Assembly (NCBI GenBank): GCA_951406725.2
Contig: OX597830.1
Coordinates: 31,062,001 to 31,126,000, forward strand
Source: Octopus vulgaris
Taxonomy: Eukaryota
Direction of reading: 5' to 3'
DNA length: 64,000 bases
A program made the translations under genes and the position numbers. Position 1 is the first letter of the stretch, and each line of letters begins with the position of its first letter. Shown here piece after piece: positions 1 to 15,106 of this stretch. The notes beneath the pieces were generated by a model, which was not told the origin of the DNA, searched no databases, and worked only from the letters and a program-made list of their open reading frames with translations.

Positions 1-2101
1 CAAGCATCAGTGTAAACTATATAAGGGTTTGGTCAATGTTTTGAATGAATTAAGTAGGAAAAAAAAAAAGCATAAAAAGAAAAATCAAGGGCTCATTACA
101 CTGGACACAGTGAAGTAAATCTATATTGCAGCATCATGTGATGGCTTAGCAACAAGATTGTGTTACAGGAATCTCCCAGATCAGATATGACTCCTTACCA
201 CTATCTCGTATCATGGCTTTGTGAAAAGGTGGAAGGAAAACTTCTCTGTATGTGTGGCTTACTTGACCACTAACACACACACATACATCATCATTTAACA
301 TATGTTGTCCATGTTCCTCAGAATAATTTTATGGCTTGAATTTCCAGGATTTTCTGTTACATGGACACTTGATGTATCGCTACTTTGTGGACTGACAGCT
401 GAGTCCTGTAAGAGGAGCTTACTGTGAAAGCCACACAATGCTCTGAAGCTACATCTTAAATCTCTCATTTATTTATACAAAAACACACACACACACAATG
501 TTGATAGATAGATAGATTACAATTAACAAACATTAACCAGGTGTGGAAATTTTAGTTGATGGAGTTTAAGGGGTCAAAGTTAGGCCAAGGTAAAAGGGTC
601 CATAAGTCATCTCTCCCTTTCACACATAGACATAAACGGATCTAATTAAATAGAAGCTTCCCCAGTGGGTCAGGGAGGAAGAGTGAGAGGCAAAGGGAAA
701 GGGGTAGAGACAGGCGGACAGACAGAGGAGACAGTAATTTACTAGAAACTAGTAGCTAGTGTTAGTGTGTTAGTATTAGCAATTTGTAGAAGATACTACT
801 ACAACAAAAATATTAATTACTACTACTACTACTACTTGTGAAGATCCTGATATAAGCACATACCCATATTGGTCCTATACAACATGTACTTTTATGCATG
901 GATGTTTGTGTATGTGTGTGTTACACACACACACTCACATAAAGAGAGCCTGAGAAGAATGGATAAAATATAAAAATGCACCATCAATAACATCTTCAAC
1001 ACTAAATGTGTTAAGAGCTTCTTTCTCTCAATTGTTCACCTTTTAATGTGTGAGTGTGCACTCACACATACATGGTGACATATAGAGATACTAATAAAGG
1101 CTAGATATCAATGTGTAATGAGATTAATTCCATATCTACACACACACACACACACATAGAAAGGAAAAAAAAAACTTTGGAAAGAGAACTTTTGGATAAG
1201 TGGATGAGACAGGAAGAGCAGTTTGATTAATACAGAGTGAAAATCCTTCCAGTGCATGACCAGATAGGGTTAGAAACTCGTTCAGAAAATCAAACTGTCA
1301 CACACAAACACTTATTCAAGGCCATGACCCAATGAAGGAAGCATCGATGCAGTTCTGTGGCTTGCTAGAAAAAGCAACCAAATCACCTTACAGTCTTTAA
1401 AAAGATGGAAAAGGCACATTGGATAATGTTATCTTGCTTAGTCTTATCACAACAGTTTCATCACATCAAGAATATCTTTGATTATATGCTAGTTGAATCA
1501 GGGTTGGCAGTGGACGTAAACATCAACAAACTGTATACTCAGTATATTACACATGCACACACCACTGAACAGGAGAGTGAACTAGCAATATTTCATTTAG
1601 CTTTATATTTAATAGTCTAAAATATTTAGTACTTGAAAACAAATTATTACAGCCACTTTATCAATGAAATTGTATGTGTAATTAACAAGTAAAATATATA
1701 CATCTAAAAAGCAAAATCTATAGAAGAATGATATACTGATCATGGTAGAGGTACTTTACTATAAATATCTAAAACTTAACTAAAATCACAGACACACAAA
1801 AAGCATCAGCTTCATCCCCAATGATACCTGTGTCAAAATATCACCATCCTTACAACCACAACACCACCACTACCAAAAAAAGCAATTCAGGTTGAACTAA
1901 TTAGTCATCTCATCACACTCCGATATTTTACCAGCAAACTAAACTGTATTAATTCGACACAACATGACAGATGGTGATGCTGATATTGCAGTTGTGAAAA
2001 TCAAGAAAAGCAGCAGGAGTGTGTCTGTAGACAATGTAAGCTAGAGCAGGTACTTCCAGTAGAAGGTTTAATTAATACACCTCTCACAAAGGCCTTTGAA
2101 A

Positions 2102-2138
2102 AAAGGTCCCTTGAATTTGTAGAATTCAAGGGACCTTT
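2102..2138. repeat. Perfect 16-bp inverted repeat (hairpin, 5-nt loop)
   Basis: AAAGGTCCCTTGAATT (2102-2117), loop TGTAG, then AATTCAAGGGACCTTT (2123-2138), the exact reverse complement. Confidence 0.9.
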
Positions 2139-2889
2139 ATAAACATATGCATGCACATGCATACACACAGGTGTGTGTGTGTGTATATATATATATACAT
2201 GGATATATCTGTATAGATAAATATGAGTATGTGGTGTGTGTGTGTGTGCGCACGCATGCATAGATAAGTACAAATACATTTATATATGTGTCTGTATATA
2301 TAGTGGAAAATACCTTTATACAAATATGTGTAAATTCTTGTATGCATGTATTCAACATCTTTAAGAAGTCTTTGCCGTTTATTCCTTTGGGAGACAGTAC
2401 AAGAAATACATTTGCACCTCTCTGAAAAAATAGGTTTGTGCCGAGCCATTTAAAAAGAAAATCTTGTTACCACCATCAGTTAAAAAAGCATTAGTTTAAT
2501 ACCTGTTTGTGTGTGTGTGTGTGTGCGTGCGTGTGGACGTTTGCAAACTTGTGTTAAACAGTATACACACACACACACACATCATCATCATCATTTAATG
2601 TCTGCTTTCCATGGCATGGGTGTATACACATATATATATATATATATAATATCTGTGCATGCGCATGTGAGCATGCATGTGAGAGTCCTGCTCAACATAT
2701 AAATATATGCTAGTATGTATGTGTTTGAGTTATGTGAAAATGATAATATTGAATGTGAAAAATCTAGTTTGCTAATTCCACCGGCTCAATAAAAAGAAAA
2801 ATAATAAATAAATTCTATGCGAATCTAAATTTGTAGAACAGTCACTGCATGTTTGTAAGTGTGTTGTGCTCATATATACATACATTCAT

Positions 2890-2932
<43 letters not shown>

Positions 2933-3665
2933 CACACACACTGAATTGAGCAAGTCTGCACACACATCACACTCACATACACACAGATAGACACCAACTT
3001 TTCACAAAGCCTACAAATATATCTGTCTATGTATCCAAGAATGATTCTAGCCACAAGTACATTCCATTAGTGGAATTGAGATTAAAAAAGAAAATAATAA
3101 AAAAAAAAAAAGCAAGAAATTGCAAAAAAGAAAAGAAAAAAAAACATGAACTCAGAAATTAAATAAATAAAATCTCTAATCGAATGAGATGAAAATTCTG
3201 AAAGAAACTTTAACAATTTCTTTCTTAATTTCTCCATCCATTCATTCATTCATTCAGTTATTGATTTTTTTTTTTTTTTTTTTACATAGATATTTGAAGA
3301 GAGAAAGAGTAAAAGAGCAAAAACAAAAAAAAGCAAGAAAAAACACACACACACAAAAACACAAATACATTCTCCCCCAAGAAATTAAAGGTGGATTGTG
3401 GGAGGAGTAACTAACAATTTATAGAATTATGTTTTTTGGCTTAGTCTTGTTTTAACATTTTTTTTTTTTGTATTAAATTTTATCCTATTTAGGGTTTGTG
3501 TTTTTTATTTTTTATTTTTCATATGTTTTTGCAGAGAAGTTATAAGTAGTGTGGTGGTTGGGGAGGAGGAGGAGGGGGGGGTTTATTGAAATGCTTGATG
3601 CCACTGGAAAATGGTAAGCAACTCTGAGAAGCAGGGTGGGTGGTTACTGAACAAGCAACAAACAT

Positions 3666-3697
<32 letters not shown>

Positions 3698-4649
3698 AAT
3701 AGAAGTGGAAATAAGATTACAAGAAGAAAGAAAAAGAAAAGAAGAATCAATGGAGAAAATAATAATAATAACTATAGAGAGAGAGACTTGCATTGCACAC
3801 ATAAAAGTGCAAACTTTCATGTTTTAAAATGTAATTTTGGCAAATGAGGAAGGAGCAGGAAACAGAGTTTGTATGGTAAGGCGAACAAGAAGACAAGTAT
3901 GTTGCAGAACGCAAAAAGTTATCAAGCAATAATAATAATAATAATAATCACGATGATGATGATGATATTAATAACAGGGATAATATTAATACTAGAAAAT
4001 AAAAACAAGGGAGTAACAACAAAATTCTTAATAATGATCAGATGTAGGAAGATGGAAGAAAAAAAACAAAATTAAGGATGGAGAAGAGAAGAAAGGGAAA
4101 TAAAATAATAAAACAAAAGAATGAACTAAGTTAAATCATATTTGAAAAGATAAAAAGAACAAAAAATGAAATGAAAGAAATAAAGTAAAAAAAAAAATGA
4201 AAGAAATCTAGAAAAGAGGAAGGAATAACTAGCAAGAAATGTATAAGAAATTTAAATAATAAAAATTAGCCGAAATGGTTTTAAAAAATTAGCTGTAGTA
4301 ATAGCTATAAAGTGAAAGAAAAAGAGGAAAAAAAATAACCTATAGTGGGGGAGACTTCAGGATAAAGGCATTTAAGAGAAATAAGCTCAATAATTTTGCA
4401 TCAGAATTGGAACATAATCCCTTGTAAAAAAATTATTAAGAATAGCCACCTTTTTGAGTCTTAATATTTCCATCTCTATAGACCATTAACTAAAGAATAT
4501 TTTATAGTTTAGAACTTGGAAAGACTTGCTGCAGGTAACGAAACAAATCCACAATTGACGAACATGCTTACTTTATTCCAGTTATTTACGGTTGTTGCTG
4601 ACTAATAACAACTACAGCTATAAAAGGAAAATAAACATTATCTTATGCT

Positions 4650-4862
4650 AGATGGGAGAATTGGTTGAGTGGGGGACAAAATACTTTGCAAAACTTAGTT
4701 GCTTCCCTTTTTTGCATTTTGCGTTTGAATTCCACCAAGGTCAGGTTTGTTTCTCAATGCTCCGAGAGTTTCATAAATAAGTATCAGGCAAGGACTGATG
4801 CAGATTTAATCAACCACATCTTTCGAACAACTCTGAGGCCTTTTCTTAGTGTTAAAAATTTA
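4650..4862 (+). mobile_element. Highly degenerate SINE family A copy
   Basis: Residual colinear similarity to the 54466 copy (GTTTGAATTCCACCAAGGTC, ATAAATAAGTATCAG, GGCCTTTTCTTAGTG tail). Confidence 0.5.
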
Positions 4863-5229
4863 TTATTTTGAAGGTAGCAGTAATGACTAAGACTACAAAA
4901 GGGTTCATTTCTGAAACTAGTCTCAGCCAGGTCAGACTCACCCACACAGTCAATGCAAGTAAGGAAAACCTATATAATTGTTCAACCTACAAGAAACAGT
5001 ATCCTACAACCCTTCAAATGCTACCATCACATCATAAAATTTTTTTTTAAATCGTCTTGAGCATATATAAATATGGGGGAAATAACTAATAGGAATGTTT
5101 AATCTGCTAAGTTATTAACAAATTCCAAGAACTTCGGGTTAAATTTTAGACCAATAGTAAATTATGGAGTGTTAAACAGTAAAAGTTAGAGATGAATTAG
5201 AAGATTATGAAATTTCGTTGAATGAAAAG

Positions 5230-6600
5230 TTGTGAAATTATATGAAATGAGTTAGGCTACAGTAGACATCAAAGGAATCGTTAAAGTTATCGTATCTGTT
5301 GTATAAGTAAAGACAGATTAGGAAAAATAATCATAAAGAATAGCAATATATAAACTGGAGCTGAGAAGGAAACTATAACTGTGAAAATAATAATAGTTTG
5401 CGAAGAGGGCAAATTAGGTTAAATGGGTATATAACAGAACTCGTTAAATTGAGGATATTACAATAGAGTCTAAGAAAAACATAAATATTCATTAAATGTG
5501 ATGATGTTGAAAAAGAGTAGAAAAGAGTGAAAAATGCACTTTAGTCTTGATATGTGAACTATCCGAGTGCTGGGAGCTTAGACAAAAAGGGACATAACTA
5601 AGATAGGTAAGAACATAAAAATACAAAAGAAATAAGAGATTGGAAGACAGAAGGCCCATTTAAGTGGAAGTGCATTAAGATAGGACAATATGTAATCATG
5701 TAATGAAAACAATTAAAATAGGGTAACAAATTTGAGCATTGAATAGAAACCCTTAAGAGTACATCTGCAAACTATAAGAAGCAGCAGAAATATACATGAA
5801 AGAAATATGATGAATATTACATAATGCTTATAGAAATGCAAATCTCCAAAAATGTATTCTAAAAATCACAAACAGTTTAGATATATATATATATATATAT
5901 ATATATAAATGTAGGTGAAAGAACATGTATAAATGTGTACAAGACGAATTAAGTGTTAGGATTATACATTAATAACTGAAAGATTGCAAGTTAGAAGAAT
6001 TGCAAATAGAGACACATTTGCACATGTTCTTACAGAGGAAGAAACAAAAGGAATGATAGGCTTAATTTAGATGAGAAGAGAATTTTATTAACTTTATACG
6101 AGTGAAGGAAAGAAAAATGTGAAGCTGGAGTAAGAAGCAGAAGTTGTCCTCAATGTGTGAAGTTTAGAACTTTTTATACAATAGGTTTATGAGATTATAG
6201 TGTAATTTTATCTATTTGTACACCGAATGGGTCTAAATTGTCTAAAAGTCATATGAAAGGTGTTTGCAAGATGATATTTTATGAGAGTATTTGTTAAGAC
6301 TGGGCTCAGGGTTCTGGTGGTTGTTAAACTAGTATCATTGTAGGTCAGAAGAACTATAACTTTGTATTACCTACTTGGACATGCAAATGGCATAGAAATA
6401 TCTAAAATTCAAACAAATTTCATCTTGGTAAGAAGAGATTCATATTGGGTGCTAGCAAAGAATGGATGCATAGGCAAAAAAGATTTGGAGTCTCTCAGAT
6501 GCGTGAAGGTTGCAGAGTCTTATTTACCTGAGTATGAGTTTTCTTCATAAAAATGTTACATTTTAAATTATATAGTTTACTTTTAGCAGAAAATAGATAG
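5230..6600 (+). mobile_element. Very degenerate non-LTR retrotransposon ORF2 remnant, possibly L1/Tx1 clade
   Basis: A-rich stretch with few microsatellites. Frame-broken peptides occur in L1/Tx1 order: GQIRLNGYITE (~5407), TIRVLGA (~5558), ETKGMIGL resembling GGLGL (~6040), an eroded zinc-knuckle-like ERCLQDD (~6255), and a KKIWSLR-like segment (~6475). Pattern recognition only. Confidence 0.35.
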
Positions 6601-7379
6601 ACACTGAATGTAAAAAGTACAATTGTTTGCAGTTGCATGTATGCATATATATAGCCACACACATATATATATGTATGCATGTGTGTGTGTGTGTGTGTGT
6701 GTGAAAATTATACATATATACATATGCATAACACACAGCACATTCTCCAAGAACTTATTCCCAACTTTGAATATTAGACCTAGAGATAGATATCAAGTTA
6801 ACACGTTCTTTACACTTAACATATTTTTGTCAGGAGGATGTTTCTGGTAATGCTCACAGGTTTGTGCTTGTGTGAGTGGAAAAAAGAATAGAGTGTTGAG
6901 AGATTTGTTATTTTAGGCAAAATGAATCAGATTAGAGTGATACCTAGAATTTGCTAGTATGGAAATACATTTGAAATCATTTTTTTTTCTTTTTTTTCCA
7001 TTGGTAGGAAATGAGTATTGCTTTACATCCACAAAGATATAGTGTGAGGGTATGTGTACACATAAGTGTAAATAAGAAAGGAGAAATGATACTCTGCATT
7101 TTCCTGGAAAGCTTTACTCCTCATTTGGTTGTCAATCAATTGGTTAGATTCCCATTTGGGTAGTTTGAGGCTTCACTTATAGTGGTTTATGATTGATATG
7201 GGCTTCATACATACACGCACGATGTGCTACTGTAGTTTACATCTGCCAAATTTCATGAACATGGGATCAAGCATAAAGGGGATAGATAGAATTTCCTTTA
7301 GATAGTGAGGAAACAGTGAATTTAAAACACTAAATTGAAATTAAAATCATAAATTAATAAGGATTTTTGAAGTTTTTGA

Positions 7380-7790
7380 AGACCACAAATTGGAATGTGA
7401 GAAGTGTGGTTGATTCAATTCCAGTATTCAATTGCTGTTTGTTGTATCAAAGCCCAAAGGAATAATGGGCAAATTAACTCTGGTGGGATTTGAACGTAAA
7501 GGTGTAACTATATATCCCAAAATATTATATATCTAGTAATCTATCATTTTTAGCTTTCTCCAATTTCAGAGTAAATAATAACAATCAAAATAATCTGTTT
7601 ATTAATAATGATATTTCACACTTGCACAAGACCTCACATTTGGCAGAATATTCAATGAAATAAATATTGTGATACAAATAAGTATTTTGACTACAAGCAG
7701 ATGAAATGCTACGTGTCCCTCAGTCAAATTTGAACTCAGAAAAGAGCTACTACTGCCAAACTAGAAAATATAGTGCATATATCTCCTATA
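7380..7790 (-). mobile_element. Two eroded SINE family A fragments
   Basis: Remnants CCCAAAGGAATAATGGGCAAATTAACTCTGGTGGGATTTGAAC and CAAATTTGAACTCAGA match the family A core. Confidence 0.45.
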
Positions 7791-8497
7791 GCTATATTTC
7801 ACATTTACAGAAATCATGTAATGGTTGCAGGAATATACAGTTAATATCATTTTACTTTAAATTAAATATATATATATGTGTATATATATATAAAGCCTTG
7901 TGCTTAGTTAAAGAGATAGGTAGATCCCCTTCCTACCAACAACATCGCAATATGTATGCCATACATACATACACATACATGCATACATAAAATCAACAGG
8001 TGCCCAAAGCCTTTAATTGATTACACAAACACCTACCCAACCAATGTAATATTTGGTTCATCAACCATGAAACCTATTTCTAAGCCTACATAGAGGTAAC
8101 AAATTCACTAACTATTCTAATCAGGGATGAGAAATGGTTTGCAGTGGTTATGTTGCAAAAATAGATGCTTTTGCTTTGCAGCGATTAAATGTGGATAGTG
8201 CGATCAGATAAAGGACAAAACCTGCTAATTTGGAAAACCTCAAAAGCTGACCACTTTCATTGAAGATCGCCAATATCTACATATACATATCTAGCTCTCT
8301 CTCTTTCTATATATATATATATATATATACAAAACTGTCTCCAATAGTAAGAACAAGGTATATAAAGAATCAAAATGAACAAATATTAGTCTTTTGTTTT
8401 ATCACAAAGCAAGGAGTGCATCTAGTCAAATTAAACCACAATTACAGTATCTTAAACCACAATTATAATATCTTAATATTTCATCTGTCTGGAAAAC

Positions 8498-8708
8498 AGT
8501 GAACTGGCAGAAGTGTTAGCACACCAGGCAAAATGCTTAGTGGCATTTAATCATTTTTTGAGTGCTGGGTTCAAATCCCACTGAAGTTGACTTTGCTTTC
8601 ATCCTTTCAGGGTCAATAAATTAGAACCAGTTTTGTACTGGTGCTGATGTAATTGGCTTACCGCTCCTTCAAAATTGCTGGCCTTGTGCCAAAATTCGAA
8701 ACCAATAT
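8498..8708 (+). mobile_element. SINE family A (tRNA-derived, Nin/Deu-like core), near full length, CpG-deaminated
   Basis: Colinear with the 54466 copy: A-box-like CTGGCAGAAGTGTTAG, B-box GGGTTCAAATCCC, core GACTTTGCTTTCATCCTTTCAGGGTCAATAAA, tail GGCCTTGTGCCAAAATTCGAAACC. Confidence 0.85.
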
Positions 8709-9094
8709 TTTATCTGTCTGAGTTCTTTAAAATTAGTAAACTCTGTTGTCTTACACAGCAGACTCCCACTGTTACCACTACCACCACCACCATCACCAAT
8801 GTAGTCAAAACTTCAGAGCCCTACTAAAATACTATGATAGGTTTAGTTTAGTACTCACCAAAACGAAGCTAGTTCCACAACTCTTAATTAATAACAATAA
8901 TAATAATATTGATGATAATCTCTTATTTCTGTATTTAATAATAGCAATGTCAGTGGCACAGAGACTGATGGTAAGATATACAGAGATAGATAACAGCCAG
9001 AGAACAAAAAGATATACAACAATGTGAAGAGTAAAATAGAGATTAAAGTCTATTGCTGAGCAGATCTAACCAAAGTGTATCCTGCCACATAGCA

Positions 9095-9140
<46 letters not shown>

Positions 9141-9349
9141 TATAGGAAAGTAGAGAGAAAAGTAATTTTGCTATTTACCCAGTATTAGGCAGCGAGCAGT
9201 GTTCTTTATAGATATGAATATTCTAATGGAAGTAACTAATTTGCTTCACTATACTGACAATGCTAATGGCAAAATTGATCTAATTCTTTTTTATGATCTC
9301 TTTTCAACTATCCTCTTTAGTAGTTAATTTTTGTGTGTGTGTCTCTATG

Positions 9350-9389
<40 letters not shown>

Positions 9390-9409
9390 CATACATACTA
9401 GTTTTTGCA

Positions 9410-10460
9410 ATAGATGGACTTAGAAAGAAGGCAATCTAGAGAAGGAAGATGTGGAAGCTGGAAGATCCTTCAGTCAGATGTAGCATGGAAGACTTATTAG
9501 TCGACACATAAGAGAAGGAAAGAGGACAGCGATGTACAACATAGAGGATAACTAAGAATTTATAGATGATGACAACCTGTCGTAAATCATAGACCAGATA
9601 TGTAGATAGAGTAAGATTGCAAAGGTGGAACTATAACAGTTAAAAGACAAGCTTGTAAAGATTGGGCAAAAGAAACGCAAGCATACAATATCTTGTAGCC
9701 AAAAGAGAACCTATATTTCAAGTATTCACAGTAAGGGAGAAATTGAAGGTAAAAGGTTTGCTGAAGTTTTGCAACTAAGGATCACTGTTGTAAGGTATGC
9801 TGACTACAAAGTGTAAATAAAGACAGGGGAGCATGGCAGCAGCCCCCTTGCCTTCCCAGATAGTGAGAAAAATATAAAAAATCTGAAATGTTACTTGGAA
9901 AGGAGATTAGTCCACGTAGACCCCCACCAAAAAAGAGCTGTTGAAAACTGCAATTAAAGGAAATCAGTTGGACCATCTGGGAAAGCAGTGAGATACTGAA
10001 AATAACCAGTAAAATTGAGAACACAAATGTTCATTTAGCACAAAACGTCATACCCAAAGAGTAGCGTAGAAGTATGACCATCTGTTGCTTCAAAGACAAA
10101 GGAAATACTCTATAAAGAAGCAACTAGTGATATTAAATCAATGAACCAAGCTATTAATGTAACAGGAAGAGTTTGAGCAAAATGGATTAGGAAGAGATTT
10201 AGCTTAAATGATATTGACTTGGGTTCTGGGCTTGAAAAAGATACTACTGATGTTCTTTCTGAAGTGAAGCAACTGTCTAAGAAAATGCGTTAGCAAACAA
10301 CAAGCCATTATATCTAGCATTTGTCAACCTGGAGAAGAGCTTTGATACAGTACCCTACTCTATTAGTTAAGAAGTCACAAAGAAAAGGTATATGAATGGA
10401 TTGTCTGAGCCAAACAAGCTATTCACAAGGAGGCTGTGAGTGTGAATTAGTAACAGGCTG
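9410..10460 (+). mobile_element. Degenerate RTE-clade LINE fragment (reverse transcriptase region)
   Basis: ~10240-10355 translates, with a frameshift, to DTTDVLSEVKQL...KPLYLAFVNLEKSFDTVP, matching the RTE RT motif STTDAIF.VRQLQEK...KPLYLAFVDLEKAFDRVP. An upstream WKLEDP-like segment lies at ~9450. Multiple stops and frameshifts. Confidence 0.8.
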
Positions 10461-11239
10461 AATTTAATAAAGAGCTTCTGATTTTCTTAGTTCCAAAGGG
10501 TTTTTAAACCCAGGATTTACATGTTTTTATTATTTCATGTGCTTTGAGATCCACTGTTCCAAAAAAACTATGTTATGGAGCAAGGTTGAACAAGTTGTTC
10601 TTAGAGAAACAGCCAGAAGTAAATCTATATTGTTAAATCTACTCCTAAAGTCCAGAGTACTTTATTTCAGCAATGCGAAAGCCTTCGCTCCTCCACAGTG
10701 TGTGTGTGTGTATGTGTGTGCACATGTGTGAGAATGAGAGAAAGAGAGAATATGTATGTATGTATGTGTGTGTTGTGTATATGAGTATATGATAAAGAAA
10801 ACAACCTATCACAAGAAAAAGCATTTATTTGAAAAAAAAAACCAAAAATAAAGGCAGAACAGAAAAGTATCCGTTTCATACACAACAAATTATAAATTGC
10901 CAAAATATACACACACATGCACACACACACACATATATGTGCGTGCATGCATGCACACACACACACATACATACACAGACTCACAAAAATAGTTGTTATC
11001 AAACGTGGACTGTTAAGATATTTTATATTGTTGCTTTTAGAGTGGGGCAGTTTTTTTTTTCTTTTAGGTTATTTTAGGCAAAGGAATGGCTTAGGGTGGA
11101 AAATAAGAATTACTAACAGACAAATTATGGAATGAGAACAAAAATAGTGAGGATGGGAGGTGGAGGTAAAGGGAGGAAGCTGTTTTTTGAATCTTGGGGA
11201 GTAAAGATGGATAGTGTGTGTGTGTGTATGTGTGTGCAC

Positions 11240-11800
11240 TAATTGAAATATTTTGCCACAGTCCTTAAGAGGATGATGATGATGATAGTGGCTGTGATTG
11301 TTGTTTTATTTGTAGCGATGGTAGCAGTAATGATGGCAGTTAGTGGTAGAATTGACAGAGGTGCAGATAGTATTAGTTGTAATGGTGATAATTGTTGTAG
11401 AGGTGCTAGTTTTAGCAGTTGTGGTTTCAAATGCACTGGTGGTGTTAGAGTCATTATTATTACTATTATTATTATTAGTAGTAGTAGTAGTAGCACCAGT
11501 AGTGAAGATAATGGAAGGATGAAGCTGTACTAGGAGTAGTAGTTATGGTGGTGGTGGTGGTAGTCGTTGCTTTGTTGGTATATTGATTGCGAGAATAATG
11601 TTTGGTGTTAGCTGGTGGCAACATCAGTGGAACATGTAACATGGTGGTGTGTAGTTGTGATGGCCATAGGTTTGTGAGGGGCTGTTTTGGCAACTAGTGG
11701 TAGTTATGGTCATGTTTGTGACTATAGATGTCGCAATAGCAGACATGATGAGGGTGGTGACTTTATTATTATTATCATCATCATCATCATCATTATTATG
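11240..11800. repeat. Low-complexity trinucleotide mosaic (GAT/GGT/AGT/ATT)
   Basis: Direct reading; it produces poly-M/V/I/S/T pseudo-ORFs. Confidence 0.8.
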
Positions 11801-13199
11801 TGTGTGGTAAATGTAGTAATGGAAGAAGTGAAACAGAATTAACAAATCTTTTATTGCCTGAAGAACTTTGAGAAAGAAGTACAAAAATAGATCTCTACTA
11901 CAACTGCTACTGTTGTTTTTCTTAATTTCTTTAGCAAATTCTATGGAAAGGGCAAATACCTACACAAGTCTTTCCTTCTAAATCTATTTTTAATGCATTT
12001 TCAATCAGTTTTATTTTAATATTTTATTGATGTTGTTGTTATTATTATTATTATTCTTTCTTAGTTCAAATATTTATTTATATCCATGTTGTGTATGTTG
12101 TGTGTGTGTGTGTACACAAACATACGAATACACTAACTTTGTGGGTATGTATGTGCATGTGTAAATGTATGTATAATCGCTTAAGAAAGATAGGGAAATG
12201 ATAGCAGAAAGAATTCAAAATCGGTTTATGCAAATTTCTACATCCTTGAATGAACAAGATGAGAAGAGGTGAGATGAGACGAAATGAACTGAGTCAAATT
12301 AGGGGGTCGAGGGAGGTAAGGGAAAATTCTGAGATTTTATTTATTTATATCTCAATTTCATATTATTTTGCTTTCTTTTTATTTATAAGGGATGTTTTTT
12401 TTTTTAAAACTTTTTAAAACACATCACTCCCCAACCAAATTTCAAATATTAAAGTATAAAAGAGGAAGAGACAATTAAATATCAAAAAATAATATAAACA
12501 AAGGGAGAAAGAGTAAGGGAAGCAAGTCAAGTGAATCTGAAATGATGGTTTGGTCTGCTTTATCAAACATCCGAAACTAGCAGCTTAATTTCACTCCACA
12601 TATAGGAAATCTCCTACACACACTTTCATAAACAGACACACACATTAACAACTATTTAAGAAGGAATAACTCAACCACAGTACACAAGGAAAGCAATCAT
12701 TAGTGTTTGATAATGCTTAATAACAGTAGCGTCAACAATTATTAAAATTTTTCTTTCTTGTTTTTTTCCATATAGGCACAAGGCTGAGGCAGCAAACTAT
12801 TCTGTTGTTTGTACTGACCCCTAAATTTCTCAGATAATTACTTTAGTAAACCAACCTTGCCAGGATTTGAACTCACTAAACACTGCAATGCATTGAGTAT
12901 GGTACTCAAATCTATAATAAATAAACTGCTGTGTCAATAAATAGCAAGAAATAACTTCATTTGCTATGGAACTGCATGAATACCATATCTTCATGTGTTC
13001 ATCGTGTGAAGTTGTCTCTAATACTTAGAGTTAATGTAAATTAAAAGAAAAAAAACCCTATAAATATATTCGAGCAAATTTTTGCTTTTTAAATGATGTT
13101 TATTTACAAAACAAAAATAGAGTGCATATATATACACACACACACACACACAAATATATATGTATGTATGTGCATATGTATGTACATAAACGTGTATCT

Positions 13200-13520
13200 A
13201 TTGCAGTTACGCTGAACTATCTATCAGGACAACACTGGAGGAAAAACTTTAACGAATAGGGTGTTGGCTTAAGGCTTTAGTAGAATGAGAAAGTGTCTTA
13301 ACATTTAATGTCCAAGTCCAATCACAGAGTCTAGGTATGGTGTCTTTTTGGCTGAAAGTCAGGGATTAGGTTTCTAATGTTATCAGATGTTGTTCAAACA
13401 CCAAATGCAGTAATCAAATAGTTTCTGAGGTATGTCAGTAGTGAAGGTAGGTCATCACCCATTGAATCAGACCCTAGAAATCAAACTGTAGCTATCTACA
13501 AACTAGTCTCTCAAGGCGTA
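13200..13520 (-). mobile_element. Possible RTE LINE 5' (endonuclease start) remnant
   Basis: Minus-strand peptide PRLCDWTWTLNVKTL resembles the endonuclease N-terminal motif L.IGTWNVRTL. Weak. Confidence 0.25.
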
Positions 13521-14857
13521 AAGAAAAATTACCAGCATATAGAAACTGGACATGCAATAGCAAATACAACAAAGTTACTCTAAAACAAATACTATATAAC
13601 ACACAATGGAGACTAGATGCATAGCATTTCAGGAGAAACACACACACACATATATTCATATAAACATACACATATCTATCTATCTATCTATCAATCCATC
13701 TATCTATACATACATATATTGATACACACACGTGTGTATGTATATATATATACACATATATATATATATATCTTTATATATGTGTGTGGGTGGGTGTGAG
13801 AAATATTTAATCCACATTAGTCCAACAAAATGTATTCTCTTTTTGCCTATGGTGAAATACTTTTAAAGTATTTCAAAAATACTCATCTCTGAGTAATTTA
13901 TTCTAAGTGACTGGACATAGTTTCTTTTCGAACTTGTTACCCACCATCACCGCTGGAAAATATACATACATATACACACAAAAGCATACACATATATATA
14001 TATATATATATTTGGGCATGTGTGTGTGTGTATGCATGTACACACTCATGTAATGATATTGCATAGTAAACGATTATAATACTGTTTCTATTCATGAATG
14101 TGCATTTCACTAGAGGTTTTAATAGTCCTTACATCACTGAAGTGCTATCTTAACAAATATCAGTGATTTATACCACCTGTATGAATAACATTATGTCCAT
14201 ACCTTAGAGGTTGATATCCAACAGTGTTAGTCTTAATAATCTCTTAACACAATTTGCACACACCATCTGTCCAGGGTGCTTAGACTGTTGGAGACATGCA
14301 AGTATCATATTTAGTAAGACAGAATTTGTGTTAAAAGCAAATTGGAATGACTAAGATTGGAATATAATACAGCATACACACCCATATACATAGACACAGA
14401 TATGCATATAACTATATAAACATACTTAGATATGTATAATTCTTTCCGTCTCTCTCCCTCTCGCATACACACAGCAGATACAAACATACATACACATATG
14501 AAGGCAAACATATTATATTATATATATATATATAACAAAGATAATTAGATATTTCATAACTAAGTTTCTATATTAATTCACTTATGCATGAATACACACA
14601 CACAACTGTTTCACAGACATAATAGATGTACATATGTGTGTGTGTGTAAAGTCATGATTGGCTAACCAGACACACACACACACATACATACATACATGTA
14701 TATGTAAACAAATATATACATAAGGATATAGGTGTGTGTGTTTGTGTATACATAAGAAAATATTTGTGCATGTGTGTTTATATACATGCATGTATATATA
14801 TATATTTATATACAAACGTATACATCTCTCTCTCTCTGCATATATATATATATATGC

Positions 14858-15106
14858 AGCATAACTGGCCGAGTAAGAAGCCTCCTTTGCAGGTACATGA
14901 CTTCAGGTTCAATCCCAGTGTGAAACCTTAGCCAAAACTCTGGTATCATAGCTCCAGATTAACCAAAGTCTTGAGTGGATCCTGCAAAACAGTAATTGAA
15001 AGATGCCCATTGCAGATGTACACATATATATATATATACATATACACATATATATAGATATATACATCTGCAATGGGCATCTTTCGATTTCTGTTTTACA
15101 GGATCC

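Noticed and set aside
11243-11533. ORF resembling a signal peptide plus Cys-rich toxin-like peptide
   Set aside because: Non-ATG start; the hydrophobic and Cys content arises from GT-rich trinucleotide low complexity.
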